Origin: Macrostomum lignano
Taxonomy: Eukaryota
Assembly (NCBI GenBank): GCA_002269645.1
Contig: NIVC01002852.1
Coordinates: forward strand, 1 to 64,000
Direction: 5' to 3'
DNA length: 64,000 nt
Position numbers and translations under genes: made by a program. The notes under the pieces were generated by a model. It did not search any database. It was not told the DNA's origin and worked only from the letters and a program-made list of their open reading frames with translations. This document shows, piece after piece, positions 12,380-25,689 of this stretch (the first letter of the stretch is position 1; each line of letters starts with the position of its first letter).

Positions 12380-13448
12380 AAAACGCACCCGTGTGAGTCA
12401 GCAGAGCTACTCAAGATGGGTCAGGCGTAAAAAGCTTAAGTACATGCTAATCGTAAAGTCGACTGTAGCTACGGTGATTGATAGCCACCCTGAACGAAAC
12501 GAAATTTTTTTACAGTTACAGTAATACAGTAATAATTGTTCGCAGATTTCTTGTTCAATAGAAAAATTCTAGCAAGTTTCAAGCAGTAAAAGTTTCAAAA
12601 AATAACTAATTCAATTATCGTTGTTTGCTATTTGAATAAACATTAACAATATTTGTATTATTACTGATGTGCTTTAAAAATTTAAACAAAACTGCGATGG
12701 ATGAGGGACAGGAGGACACAACCCCAAAAATAAGGGGATGCCATTGTGCAGTAAATCTTGCTTCCTTGAAGACGTCACAAAGGTTGATCAGCAAGGAAAC
12801 AGTTAAAAACATTTTTTCTCGTTGTTAGCGTAAATAATAGCAAATTTAATTCCAGTCTTGTCTGAATGTTTTTAAACAGAAATAGCGCTAAACACATGCT
12901 TAGCCCTATTTTTATCAGAACATGTTATACACGCTGATATTCAGAACACTTTTTATATTCTCTCCACTATATATTTTAATGGTGTTTTCTTTTACTTTTA
13001 ATTTCAGTAAATAAAATGTCTGAGTTAGCGTTAGATTTTCTTTCTGAATTTTTACTAACTGCTGAATTCGCCTATAGTTCTTGTTGTTTCATTTCTGTAC
13101 AATTTCACAATTTAGCGGCAAAATATACCATTGTCACTACTTACGATTACTGAGTAGTGCAGCGCCAAAATTAATTCTTAGATTCAAACTCTAAATCACA
13201 AAACGGTCTTACGGCCTTACTCGTAAAAAAGTTGGAGCCACGAACACTCGGGACCCGCGGTGCCGCTGGCCTCTATACGTGTATGCATGAAACTGCTCTC
13301 TTTTGACGTAGTCAATTGTCTTTTTATTTGAAGGAGACAATTCAACAGCGAAAATTTTAGACTGCATCAGGCAGTCACGTGACCTGTAGAATCAACCAGC
13401 CAGGAGCTTCCATCCTAAAGTTCTACGTAGAAGAACGTAAAATAACTT

Positions 13449-13840
13449 GACAGGCACTCGCAAATGGTGTTGTCAATCAAACGGGGACAGGCACTCGCAA
13501 ATGGTGTTGTCAATCAAACGGGGACAGGCACTCGCAAATGGTGTTGTCAATCAAACGGAGACAGGCACTCGCAAATGGTGTTGTCAATCAAACGGGGACA
13601 GGCACTCGCAAATGGTGTTGTCAATCAAACGGGGACAGGCACTCGCAAATGGTGTTGTCAATCAAACGGGGACAGGCACTCGCAAATGGTGTTGTCAATC
13701 AAACGGGGACAGGCACTCGCAAATGGTGTTGTCAATCAAACGGGGACAGGCACTCGCAAATGGTGTTGTCAATCAAACGGGGACAGGCACTCGCAAATGG
13801 TGTTGTCAATCAAACGGGGACAGGCACTCGCAGATGGTGT
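13449..13840. repeat. 37-bp tandem array, 10 full copies plus a partial 11th that is the end of the lectin CDS
   Basis: Unit gacaggcactcgcaaatggtgttgtcaatcaaacggg at 13449, 13486 ... 13782, 13819. Confidence 0.97.
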
Positions 13841-14325
13841 TCTTATTCAACTGCCGGTTCTCGGGCGAGTCGAACAGCCCGAGTCGTTCAGCGTTCGCCT
13901 TTCCCAGAAAGTTGTTGGGGTCACCCGGGTACCACAGCCGGGCGTCGATCTCGATGGCGCAGTCGGTCCAGTGCCAGCCTCCGTCGGGCTCGGGGCTCCC
14001 CGGGCTCTGGTAGCCGCCCAGCCAGAACAGGTCGTCGGCAGCGGCGGAGATCCCCACCAGGTGGCTCAGCTCCGCCATGTCCGTCACGTCTGCCATGATG
14101 GTGAGTCCGGGCTCGGAGTTGCACTTATCTCGGCTCAGCTGCCACTCTCCGGGGACTTCTAAAACTCGGTACTTCACTCCGCACAGCTCGTCGCCGTAGC
14201 CCACAGGACACAGCGAGCCCGCCGAGAGTCCCGGCTGCCGCTTCACGAACAGGCGACCTCTCCTGGAGCAGCCGCAGTCCCGCACCGACTTGCTGCACTT
14301 GTCTTGAAATTTCCATTCGATTCTA
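13806..14325 (-). CDS. C-type lectin-like domain protein (paralog 1); 5' exon unresolved
   Basis: CGVKYRVLEVPGEWQLSRDKCNSEPG...FWLGGYQ...GGWHWTDC...WYPGDPNN...TICEC matches the CTL pattern. Probable acceptor ttttag near 14324. No convincing ATG/signal exon found upstream. Confidence 0.7.
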
Positions 14326-14807
14326 AAACTGCTTTGGTTTACTTGGCTTCAGATTTCTGCTGCTGGTAGCAACACAATGGCTCGCTGGCAAACCGGTTGG
14401 CTTCACCGGCTCTTCATTGCTGGTCCTCAAAGACGACATGAGAGGCCCTCGATTCGAGTGGAGGGAGAGCGGCGCCAAGCTTGAGTGCGACTGAATGGAT
14501 TGGATGAAAAGCTTGCAAGCTCGCTTCAAACCGTCGAAAATGCATAGTCAGAGCTCCTGCTCAGGCTGCTGCAGTTTTGAACAACTTTTTTGGCTCTAGT
14601 AGAGCAGAGGTTCAGATAATAGCTCAATCTAAAGCTGCTAAGCAAAGCTCAATTCTCAAGTTCTCAAGCTGATTTAGTCCTTAGGAGTTTACTATTATTT
14701 TTGGTCTTTTTAGTATATATTGATATATGGGATTTAGGTTTATAACCTTATGTAGCTAAAACCTACACTATAAAATTGATACTTTTGGATGGACGGACGG
14801 ACAAGCA

Positions 14808-15173
<366 letters not shown>

Positions 15174-15182
15174 CTCTTACGA

Positions 15183-18100
15183 CTGTCTGTGTGTTTAGCG
15201 GGACCTAAGTTATGTTAATGCGTTACGTGGACCACGCAATTCCGGTTAAAAAATAGAGTCTGTTTTGACAACGCGAAAGGCTAGCTAGGGTTATCTTTTT
15301 GTTAACTTGACGGAATAGCCAGTTCGGGGAAACTGTGGTGGTTCACTAACTACGTTTTGGGGACCGGGTTAGGTGGACCGCAAAAAAACAGTTGGTTTAG
15401 TTAGACCTCTTTCGTTGTACTCGTAGAAAATTTATTGCTTTAAACTGTTCTTTTGAACTAATTAAAACAGAAATTCTCAAAAAGAACAGATAAAAGGGTT
15501 ACGACGTCATTTAATGAAAATATCCTAAGTTCAAACCAATTTATTTAGCATTATTAATCGGGTTAATCGGGTTAAACAAATGTACGATCGCATTAGTTAG
15601 TTGCGTCGCGTGAATACAAGAAGGTGAATGAAAATAAAGCATTTTGAAAATAAATACAGAATCATATCAAATACTAACTGTAAACTCATTAAAACTAATT
15701 TAGGTCAAAATGTATGCTTCAAATACATGTTAACAAACGTAAGATTCCATTAGTTAAAAAAGGTCATCCGAGTACGAGCCTACAAGAAGTTGAAGGGCAT
15801 TTTTAATAACGACAAAAGTTACTAAAACTGAAATTAAATTGATTTGACTACATCAGTCCTATTATACTGAATGAGTTGGTGAGCAATCATATGATAAGCC
15901 AATCATTTTACCGACTTTCATCTTTTCGTTCACGCAGATGATGGCTTAATCTTCTTATTTTTCTACGAAATATTCTCCTGGACCTTCCCTGCCTCCGTGG
16001 TCCGGGACCGCTTCTGTTATTGATCTGTCATTGCCTCTCTCACGAATTTCAGCTTACTCAGCCATCGAATCCGCTTTCGTCAGCTCAGCTCTATGATGAA
16101 CCTTTCTATATTTCTCGTCAATTAGTGGTTTGAATCTTCTTTTACAGTTCGTTTTAACCTTCATCTCGGTGAAACGCAGTCAGTCTCGTCGAGCTCAGGC
16201 GAACAAAATCAACCACAGGCTCCTACAAAGGTAGAAAATAAAATTAACTGACAATCAAACAGACACAGAAATGTGTTTGAGTTGTGTCTGTAGGTTATGT
16301 GGACCACCTGAGAGCCAGAGCCTCAAACAGACAGAGAAATCTGTTCGAGTTGTGTCTGTAGGTGAGGTGAACCACCTTCTGAGAGCCAAAGCTCAAACAG
16401 ACTGAGAGAGCTGCTTCAGTTGTGTCTATAGGTTATGTGGACCACCTAAGAGCCAGAGCCTCAAACAGACAGAGAAATCTGTTCGAGTTGTGTCTGTAGG
16501 TTAGGTGGACCACCTTCTGAGAGCCAAAGCCTCAAACAGACTGAGAGAGCTGCTTCAGTTGTGTCTGTAGGTTATGTGGACCACCTAAGAGCCAGAGCCT
16601 CAAACAGACAGAGAAATCTGTTCGAGTTGTGTCTGTAGGTTAGGTGGACCAGCTACTCCAAAGCACTTCTAGGCGATAATCTGAGCCAGGAGTCTCCGAG
16701 AGCCTCTCGTTACACATCCAGATGTTCTGCCTTGATGCTGGACTAGCTCACTTTCTAGGAATCTGTTCTGATTGCATTCTAACAAACTGAAGCATTCTCG
16801 GCACTAAACTTTCTCGGCGGCTCTGAGAGCCAGAGCCTCAAACAGACAGAGAAATCTGTTCGAGTTGTGTCTGTAGGTTAGGTGGACCAGCTACTCCAAA
16901 GCACTTCTAGGCGATAATCTGAGCCAGGAGTCTCCGAGAGCCTCTCGTTACACATCCAGATGTTCTACCTTGATGCTGGACTAGCTCACTTTCTAGGAAT
17001 CTGTTCTGATTGCATTCTAACAAACTGAAGCATTCTCGGCACTAAACTTTCTCGGCGGCTCTGAGAGCCAGAGCCTCAAACAGACAGAGAAATCTGTTCG
17101 AGTTGTGTCTGTAGGCTAGGTGGACCACCTTCTGAGAGCCAAAGCCTCAAACAGACTGAGAGAGCTGCTTCAGTTGTGTCTGTAGGTTATGTGGACCACC
17201 TAAGAGCCAGAGCCTCAAACAGACAGAGAAATCTGTTCGAGTTGTGTCTGTAGGCTAGGTGGACCACCTTCTGAGAGCCAAAGCCTCAAACAGACTGAGA
17301 GAGCTGCTTCAGTTGTGTCTGTAGGTTATGTGGACCACCTAAGAGCCAGAGCCTCAAACAGACAGAGAAATCTGTTCGAGTTGTGTCTGTAGGTTAGGTG
17401 GACCAGCTACTCCAAAGCACTTCTAGGCGATAATCTGAGCCAGGAATCTCCGAGAGCCTCTCATTACACATACAGATGTTCTACCTTGATGCTGGACTAG
17501 CTCACTTTCTAGGAATCTGTTCTGATTGCATTCTAACAAACTGAAGCATTCTCGGCACTAAACTTTCTCGGCGGCTCTGAGAGCCAGAGCCTAAACAGAC
17601 AGAGAAATCTGTTCGAGTTGTGTCTGTAGGTTAGGTGGACCAGCTACTCCAAAGCACTTCTAGGCGATAATCTGAGCCAGGAATCTCCGAGAGCCTCTCG
17701 TTACACATCCAGATGTTCTGCCTTGATGCTGGACTAGCTCACTTTCTAGGAATCTGTTCTGATTGCATTCTAACAAACTGAAGCATTCTCGGCACTAAAC
17801 TTTCTCGGCGGCTCTGAGATCCAGAGCCTCAAACAGACAGAAATCTGTTCGAGTTGTGTCTGTAGGTTAGGTGGACCAGCTACTCCAAAGCACTTCTAGG
17901 CGATAATCTGAGCCAGGAATCTCCAAGAGCCTCTCGTTACACATCCAGATGTTCTGCCTTGATGCTGGACTAGCTCACTTTCTAGGAATCTGTTCTGATT
18001 GCATTCTAACAAACTGAAGCATTCTCGGCACTAAACTTTCTCGGCGGCTCTGAGAGCCAGAGCCTCAAACAGACAGAGAAATCTGTTCGAGTTGTGTCTG

Positions 18101-21100
18101 TAGGTTAGGTGGACCAGATACTCCAAAGCACTTCTAGGCGATAATCTGAGCCAGGAGTCTCCGAGAGACTTTCGTTACACATCCAGATGTTCTGCCTTGA
18201 TGCTGGACTAGCTCACTTTCTAGGAATCTGTTCTGATTGCATTCTAACAAACTGAAGCATTTTCTGCACTAAACTTTCTCGGCGGCTCTAAGAGCCAGAG
18301 CCTAAACAGACAGAGAAATCTGTTCGAGTTGTGTCTGTAGGTTAGGTGGACCACCTTCTGAGAGCCAAAGCCTCAAACAGACTGAGAGAGCTGCTTCAGT
18401 TGTGTCTGTAGGTTATGTGGACCACCTAAGAGCCAGAGCCTCAAACAGACAGAGAAATCTGTTCGAGTTGTGTCTGTAGGTTAGGTGGACCAGCTACTCC
18501 ACAGCACTTCTAGGCGATAATCTGAGCCAGGAATCTCCGAGAGCCTCTCGTTACACATCCAGATGTTCTGCCTTGATGCTGGACTAGCTCACTTTCTAGG
18601 AATCTGTTCTGATTGCATTCTAACAAACTGAAGCATTCTCGGCACTAAACTTTCTCGGCGGCTCTGAGAGCCAGAGCCTCAAACAGACAGAGAAATCTGT
18701 TCGAGTTGTGTCTGTAGGTTAGGTGGACCAGCTACTCCAAAGCACTTCTAGGCGATAATCTGAGCCAGGAATCTCCGAGAGCCTCTCGTTACACATCCAG
18801 ATGTTCTGCCTTGATGCTGGACTAGCTCACTTTCTAGGAATCTGTTCTGATTGCATTCTAACAAACTGAAGCATTCTCGGCACTAAACTTTCTCGGCGGC
18901 TCTGAGAGCCAGAGCCTCAAACGGACAGAGAAATCTGTTCGAGTTGTGTCTGTAGGTTAGGTGGACCAGATACTCCAAAGCACTTCTAGGCGATAATCTG
19001 AGCCAGGAGTCTCCGAGAGACTTTCGTTACACATCCAGATGTTCTGCCTTGATGCTGGACTAGCTCACTTTCTAGGAATCTGTTCTGATTGCATTCTAAC
19101 AAACTGAAGCATTCTCGGCACTAAACTTTCTCGGCGGCTCTGAGAGCCAGAGCCTCAAACAGACAGAGAAATCTGTTCGAGTTGTGTCTGTAGGTTAGGT
19201 GGACCAGCTACTCCAAAGCACTTCTAGGCGATAATCTGAGCCAGGAATCTCCAAGAGCCTCTCGTTACACATCCAGATGTTCTGCCTTGATGCTGGACTA
19301 GCTCACTTTCTAGGAATCTGTTCTGATTGCATTCTAACAAACTGAAGCATTCTCGGCACTAAACTTTCTCGGCGGCTCTGAGAGCCAGAGCCTCAAACAG
19401 ACAGAGAAATCTGTTCGAGTTGTGTCTGTAGGTTAGGTGGACCAGATACTCCAAAGCACTTCTAGGCGATAATCTGAGCCAGGAGTCTCCGAGAGCCTCT
19501 CGTTACACATCCAGATGTTCTGCCTTGATGCTGGACTAGCTCACTTTCTAGGAATCTGTTCTGATTGCATTCTAACAAACTGAAGCATTTTCTGCACTAA
19601 ACTTTCTCGGCGGCTCTAAGAGCCAGAGCCTAAACAGACAGAGAAATCTGTTCGAGTTGTGTCTGTAGGTTAGGTGGACCACCTTCTGAGAGCCAAAGCC
19701 TCAAACAGACTGAGAGAGCTGCTTCAGTTGTGTCTGTAGGTTATGTGGACCACCTAAGAGCCAGAGCCTCAAACAGACAGAGAAATCTGTTCGAGTTGTG
19801 TCTGTAGGTTAGGTGGACCAGCTATTCTACAGCACTTCTAGGCGATAATCTGAGCCAGGAATCTCCAAGAGCCTCTCGTTACACATCCAGATGTTCTACC
19901 TTGATGCTGGACTAGCTCACTTTCTAGGAATCTGTTCTGATTGCATTCTAACAAACTGAAGCATTCTCGGCACTAAACTTTCTCGGCGGCTCTGAGAGCC
20001 AGAGCCTCAAACAGACAGAGAAATCTGTTCGAGTTGTGTCTGTAGGTTAGGTGGACCAGCTACTCCAAAGCACTTCTAGGCGATAATCTGAGCCAGGAAT
20101 CTCCGAGAGCCTCTCGTTACACATACAGATGTTCTGCCTTGATGCTGGACTAGCTCACTTTCTAGGAATCTGTTCTGATTGCATTCTAACAAACTGAAGC
20201 ATTCTCGGCACTAAACTTTCTCGGCGGCTCTGAGATCCAGAGCCTCAAACAGACAGAGAAATCTGTTCGAGTTGTGTCTGTAGGTTAGGTGGACCAGCTA
20301 CTTCACAGCACTTCTAGGCGATAATCTGAGCCAGGAGTCTCCGAGAGACTTTCGTTACACATCCAGATGTTCTGCCTTGATGCTGGACTAGCTCACTTTC
20401 TAGGAATCTGTTCTGATTGCATTCTAACAAACTGAAGCATTCTCGGCACTAAACTTTCTCGGCGGCTCTGAGAGCCAGAGCCTAAACAGACAGAGAAATC
20501 TGTTCGAGTTGTGTCTGTAGGTTAGGTGGACCACCTTCTGAGAGCCAAAGCCTCAAACAGACTGAGAGAGCTGATTCAGTTGTGTCTGTAGGTTAGGTGG
20601 ACCAGCTTCTCTATAGCAATTGAGTTGCAGGCCTTGCAGCTAGCTACTTTGAGATCATCAAACGAAACTCACTTTTCTGGACTCGGTGTCGACGGATTTG
20701 CGAGCAGACTGATGATTTTCTCCAGGCGATGCGGCTTCTTCGATTTCGCAGTGGCTTTTTGCTACGGTGTTTTTTTAGTTTTTATTTTAGGCTTGGCGTC
20801 CTTTTTTGCGGGTCATCATATCTTGGTTGTAGATTACAGTTTTTGGCACAATAAATTTATATATGGATGAAACTTGGAGTAAGGATTAACATTAGACCTA
20901 TTAAGTATAAAAAACCGTTCTAGTCTATACAATTGCAATCCTTTAGAGTTGTATAGTATGGATTATAAGTACTAATTTCTTTTAAACTGTCTGTGTCTGG
21001 TCTCACTACGCCATGGTTTACGTGGACCACCCGCTTAGACATTATATATCCCTCTCTCCACTGTCTTACCTTCAGAACGCTTGCGGGTTTCCTATTGGCT

Positions 21101-22352
21101 GCGGTCGGTCCCATTGTTGGGGTGGATCTATCCTCCTAAGTGTTAACCAGCCAATTATAGAAAGGGAGGTCTGTCTGTCTGTCTGTTCCAACCCTATACT
21201 CCTGCACATGTGTTTACGTGGACCAAACAGACAGTGAGTGTTAGGCTGACTGTTAATGCGTTCTTAGTTTTACTGGGACCGCAATCAAGTCGACCTTTTG
21301 CTAGAGAGTCAGAGACCCGATCGCTAGTTAAAAGGCCCTTCTTAATTGCGTCCTCTTGATCAAATCTTTTGCATGTACATGTATGAATTGTCCTTTTCAA
21401 TTAGGTAAATTGCATCTTCAACTTTGCACTTGAAAGGCTGCAGCTTAGGATCTTCTTCTTCCAAAATTGGAGGAGGATAGAACAGGATATCCCATAGTGT
21501 TTAGGATAGAATTGGCAAGCACTTAATTCATGAAGTTGCTATTTTCTTCTTGTGTAATGGTAGAGCCTCAGAAATTCGCATTTACACAGTGTGGCTATCA
21601 AGGACCACTGGGAGTTCTTGAGAAGTCATTGAAGAATACTATTTAAGCTTCACTTAAATATCTTTCTTGTCTCGGAGTCTTTATCGTTTGATCTGGTTAG
21701 CGAATTGGATTTCTTTACGTTGGTGTCTTACTCTGTGAGTCTGTGCTCAGAGTACGATACCGGAATTGCTGGAACTGAGCTAATTAAATGGAGTTTAAAG
21801 TTTACTGTATCAAATTCATTTCGCATACGAGGTTTCAGAATTTTTAATTAACCTGCGTACCTACTTGAATGTCAAAGAACTGAACGCATATTGTTTTAAA
21901 GCCAGTGGCGGTCATAATATGATGCCAACATAGCCCTTTGTTCGTAAGGTAATGATATGTAAAAAATTCAGTTTTGCATTGAATCTATGCTTAATAACTG
22001 CTATACACAAACAGACACAAACAGACACAAACAGACACAAACAGACGATTTTCGAAAAATTTTCTAAAATTTTTCGGTTTACGTGGACCAGACTCGCTCG
22101 GTTTAGGTAGACCAGGCTGGAGGTCCAGCTAAACTGAAATGCAAATAACTTTGGAAAAAACCATGCTAGACATCCCAAAATTGCTTAAGCCTTTCTTGAC
22201 CCGCCTGACATTAATGTGAGATCCTCATCAACGTCTTAACCCCACCAGAGACAAAATTATTTGGTGGTCCACCTAAGTGGTCTACCTACACCGGTTGGTC
22301 CAGCTAACGAGGCTACTGAACTTCCAAAAAGTCCACGTAAACACACAGACAG
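15183..22352. mobile_element. TIR-bounded element A (~7.2 kb, non-autonomous, satellite-filled)
   Basis: Left end ctgtctgtgtgtttagcgggac (15183) and right end gtccacgtaaacacacagacag (22331-22352) are inverted, with the outer 15 nt perfect. Both ends abut ACAG tracts. Subterminal regions are homologous to those of element B. Confidence 0.7.
16255..20606. repeat. Complex satellite with ~60-bp submonomers and a ~238-bp long unit, in mosaic order
   Basis: Recurrent gagagccagagcctcaaacagacagagaaatctgttcgagttgtgtctgtaggttaggtggacc followed either by a ~180-bp block (agctactccaaagcacttctagg...) or by a sister submonomer (...cagactgagagagctgcttcagttgtgtctgtaggttatgtggacc). Example period 16651 to 16889. 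Confidence 0.95.
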
Positions 22353-22356
22353 TAGA

Positions 22357-23132
<776 letters not shown>

Positions 23133-23461
23133 AGACATACAAGTGTCTGTGTGTTTAGCTGGACCTCAGAAGTTTTAATGCATTACATGGACCACCGACT
23201 TTTTTACTTTTAATAGAGCCTTTTTTTAGTTCACGAAAGATCTTCAAAAGTTTGTTTACTTTTGAAGCTGACAGAGGCTCTCATTAGTGGAAATTGCACC
23301 AGTATTTTTATTACTTAAACTGGACCGGTTTATATGGACACCGACAGAACGTGTTTTAGGTGGACCTTCACACCGATTCAAAATCATAGACCAAATTTAG
23401 CGTAAACCTAACACTGACAGCTAAGGTTAAACACAGACGGAGGCAATTGGAAATAATCGAT

Positions 23462-25590
23462 TTAACGTAAAGGAAACAATTTTAAAGAAACACAAAACAT
23501 TGAAATTTTTTCCAGGATTCGTTGATCCTGCTCCTTGGATTCTCGAAGGCCGTATAAATCCGGATTAGTAAAATAGTCGAACACTTGTAGATTTTCAGAA
23601 AAAATTGGTCCACCCCGACGGCTTGCATCCCCAATAACAACTGCTGTTCCAGACAGGATTTTGCCGTGATTTAATGCAAATGATCCTGCCGCATTAGCTG
23701 AGTCGGCTCGACTAGCAATATAGCCGCGGTCACGTAAATAGTCTCGAACCTCTAGTAGACTGATATTTGGAATTCCGAGGAGCCTTGTTTCTGCAACATC
23801 GTCATCGGCAGAGCAAAAGCCAGAATATGCACTGGCTGCGGTAGCCATTTTTTGCATCGCACATCCCCGTGGCAACTGCACTGTTGCCGATATGTTCGAA
23901 ATGGACATTTCCGAACAGTTCGCAGGTGTTGAAATTGAGACGACGAAGTCCACCTATGAAATTAATTAAATTACATAAAATACTTGGATAACGTTCAGGA
24001 AAATGCAATCAAATTGTTCTATCATTAGGATTAAGAAGCGTTAAAAGATACGCTCGAATACGCTCACTTAAATTGATACCAACAATAGAACTAAAAAACA
24101 ACTTAACGTTTACTACCAAAACTAACTTCGACAAAAACAAATACTAAAGTCGCTTACCTGATTTGAAAAAAACGAAGCAATAGTGCCACCAAAATACTTC
24201 ACGCCTTCTTCACATAGCCGATCACGGTTGGTGCCTTTGGATATGCGAAAAAACTTTTTGTCTTGAAACCAATTCGTTGAAAACTCGTTTCTGCTGTCGA
24301 CTGCCTAAAATGTAAGTACCACTAAAAACATACAAAACAAAACAAAAGGGAAAAATTCTTATACTATTCACAGGCACTACATTTCAATTTATTTTAAAGA
24401 GATAATCAGAACTGGCGGAATATCGGACCTTAAGAGAGTCTGAGAATGAGAGCTTATAAGCTGGACCCCAGATCAGGGCACCATCTTACACTGACTGCGT
24501 CTGTCTGTTGGTGTCACGGTGTGTTAGCTGGATCCCAGATCGGGGCACCATCTTAAACTGACTGCTTCTGTCTGTTGGTGTCACGGTGTGTTAGCTGGAC
24601 CCCAGATCGGGCCACCATCTTAAACTGACTGCTTCTGTCTGTTGGTGTCACGGTGTGTTAGCTGGACCCCAGATCGGGCCACCATCTTAAACTGACTGCG
24701 TCTGTCTGTTGGTGTCACGGTGTGTTAGCTGGACCCCAGGTCGGGCCACCATCTTAAACTGACTGCGTCTGTCTGTTGGTGTCACGGTGTGTTAGCTGGA
24801 CCCCAGATCGGGCCACCATCTTAAACTGACTGCGTCTGTCTGTTGGTGTCACAGTGTGTTAGCTGGACCCCAGATCGGGCCACCATCTTAAACTGACTGC
24901 GTCTGTCTGTTGGTGTCACGGTGTGTTAGCTGGACCTTAGATAAGGGCAAAATCTAAGACTGTCTTCTTTAAATTCAAACACTGTTAGGAGAAATAATTG
25001 TGCGAGTTGCAGTGCAGTTATGAACAAAGGCGTAAAAGTGCAACGCAACAAAGTACTTACAGCAGAAGAGTTGCCTTTAGCAGCGGCTTGATGAGAGGAG
25101 CCAGCTTCACACGAGTCAGCACTTCCACATCGGGACTGCTTGCTTCCTTTCCTCTTGACCGATCTGGACTTGTTTCGAGCTCTCTTGGCCGATTCGTGCT
25201 GCTCTGGAGAAAAACTGGCCGAGTCTTGATGCTGCTTCTGCTGAATGGCCGAGTCTTGATGCTGCTTCTGCTGACTGGTCGAGCGACGTTGCTTCTTTGA
25301 CTTATTGGCCGAGTTCTGCTGCAGCTGAGGAGAGTGACTGGCCGAGTTTTGATGCGGCTTCTGCTGACTGGCCGAGTCTTGATGCGGCTTCTGCTGACTG
25401 GCCGAGTCTTGATGCGGCTTCTGCTGACTGGCCGAGTTTTGATGCGGCTTCTGCTGACTGGCCGTGTCTTGATGCGGCTGAGGAGACTGAGTGGCCGGGT
25501 TCTGTTGCTGCTTCTGCTGACTGGCCGTGTCTTGTTGCAGCTGAGAAGACTGACTGGTTGAGTCTTGCTGCTTGGTGTGTATATTAAAAA
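23462..25590 (-). CDS. DBF4: Dbf4/ASK/chiffon-like fragment (BRCT motif N plus motif M-like) preceded by a Gln/Ser repeat exon; no motif-C zinc finger
   Basis: Phase-0 joined exons ~25590-25061, 24304-24158, 23953-23462. Reads NWFQDKKFFRISKGTNRDRLCEEGVKYFGGTIASFFSNQ|VDFVVSIS...LPRGCAMQKMA...RLLGIPNISLLEVRDYLRDRG...ILSGTAVVIGDASRRGGPIFSENL. This is collinear with the Dbf4 pattern (FYL...LGG.V..F.S..I.Y.IS; SRG..L...A; G.KI.HI......I; PF.KVED.S..YRP). Recognised by eye. Confidence 0.6.
24456..24940. repeat. 67-bp tandem array, about 7.5 copies (intronic)
   Basis: Unit ggtgtgttagctggaccccagatcgggccaccatcttaaactgactgcgtctgtctgttggtgtcac; period measured 24591 to 24658. Confidence 0.95.
25215..25560. 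repeat. 30-bp tandem repeat inside the putative minus-strand exon (QQKPHQDSAS)n
   Basis: Unit ctgctgactggccgagtcttgatgcggctt, degenerate at both ends. Confidence 0.9.
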
Positions 25591-25689
25591 TTCCTTCCGT
25601 TAAAACGAAAGCTCTAATTGCGAACTAATATTTTGTAAGTTGGCTAGACTTTTTGTGTCTGTCTCTAGTTGTCAGTCTCACGTCATGGT

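Noticed and set aside
13447-14162. Plus-strand ORFs across the 37-bp array
   Set aside because: Antisense shadows of the repeat and of the minus-strand lectin exon.
21194-21560. Minus-strand fragments such as FDQEDAIKKGLL (plectin-repeat-like) in element A
   Set aside because: Too short, broken by stops, and no consistent splice sites.
24195-24210. Suspected frameshift in the BRCT exon
   Set aside because: On recount the exon 24304-24158 is 147 nt and open in phase 0; no indel is needed.
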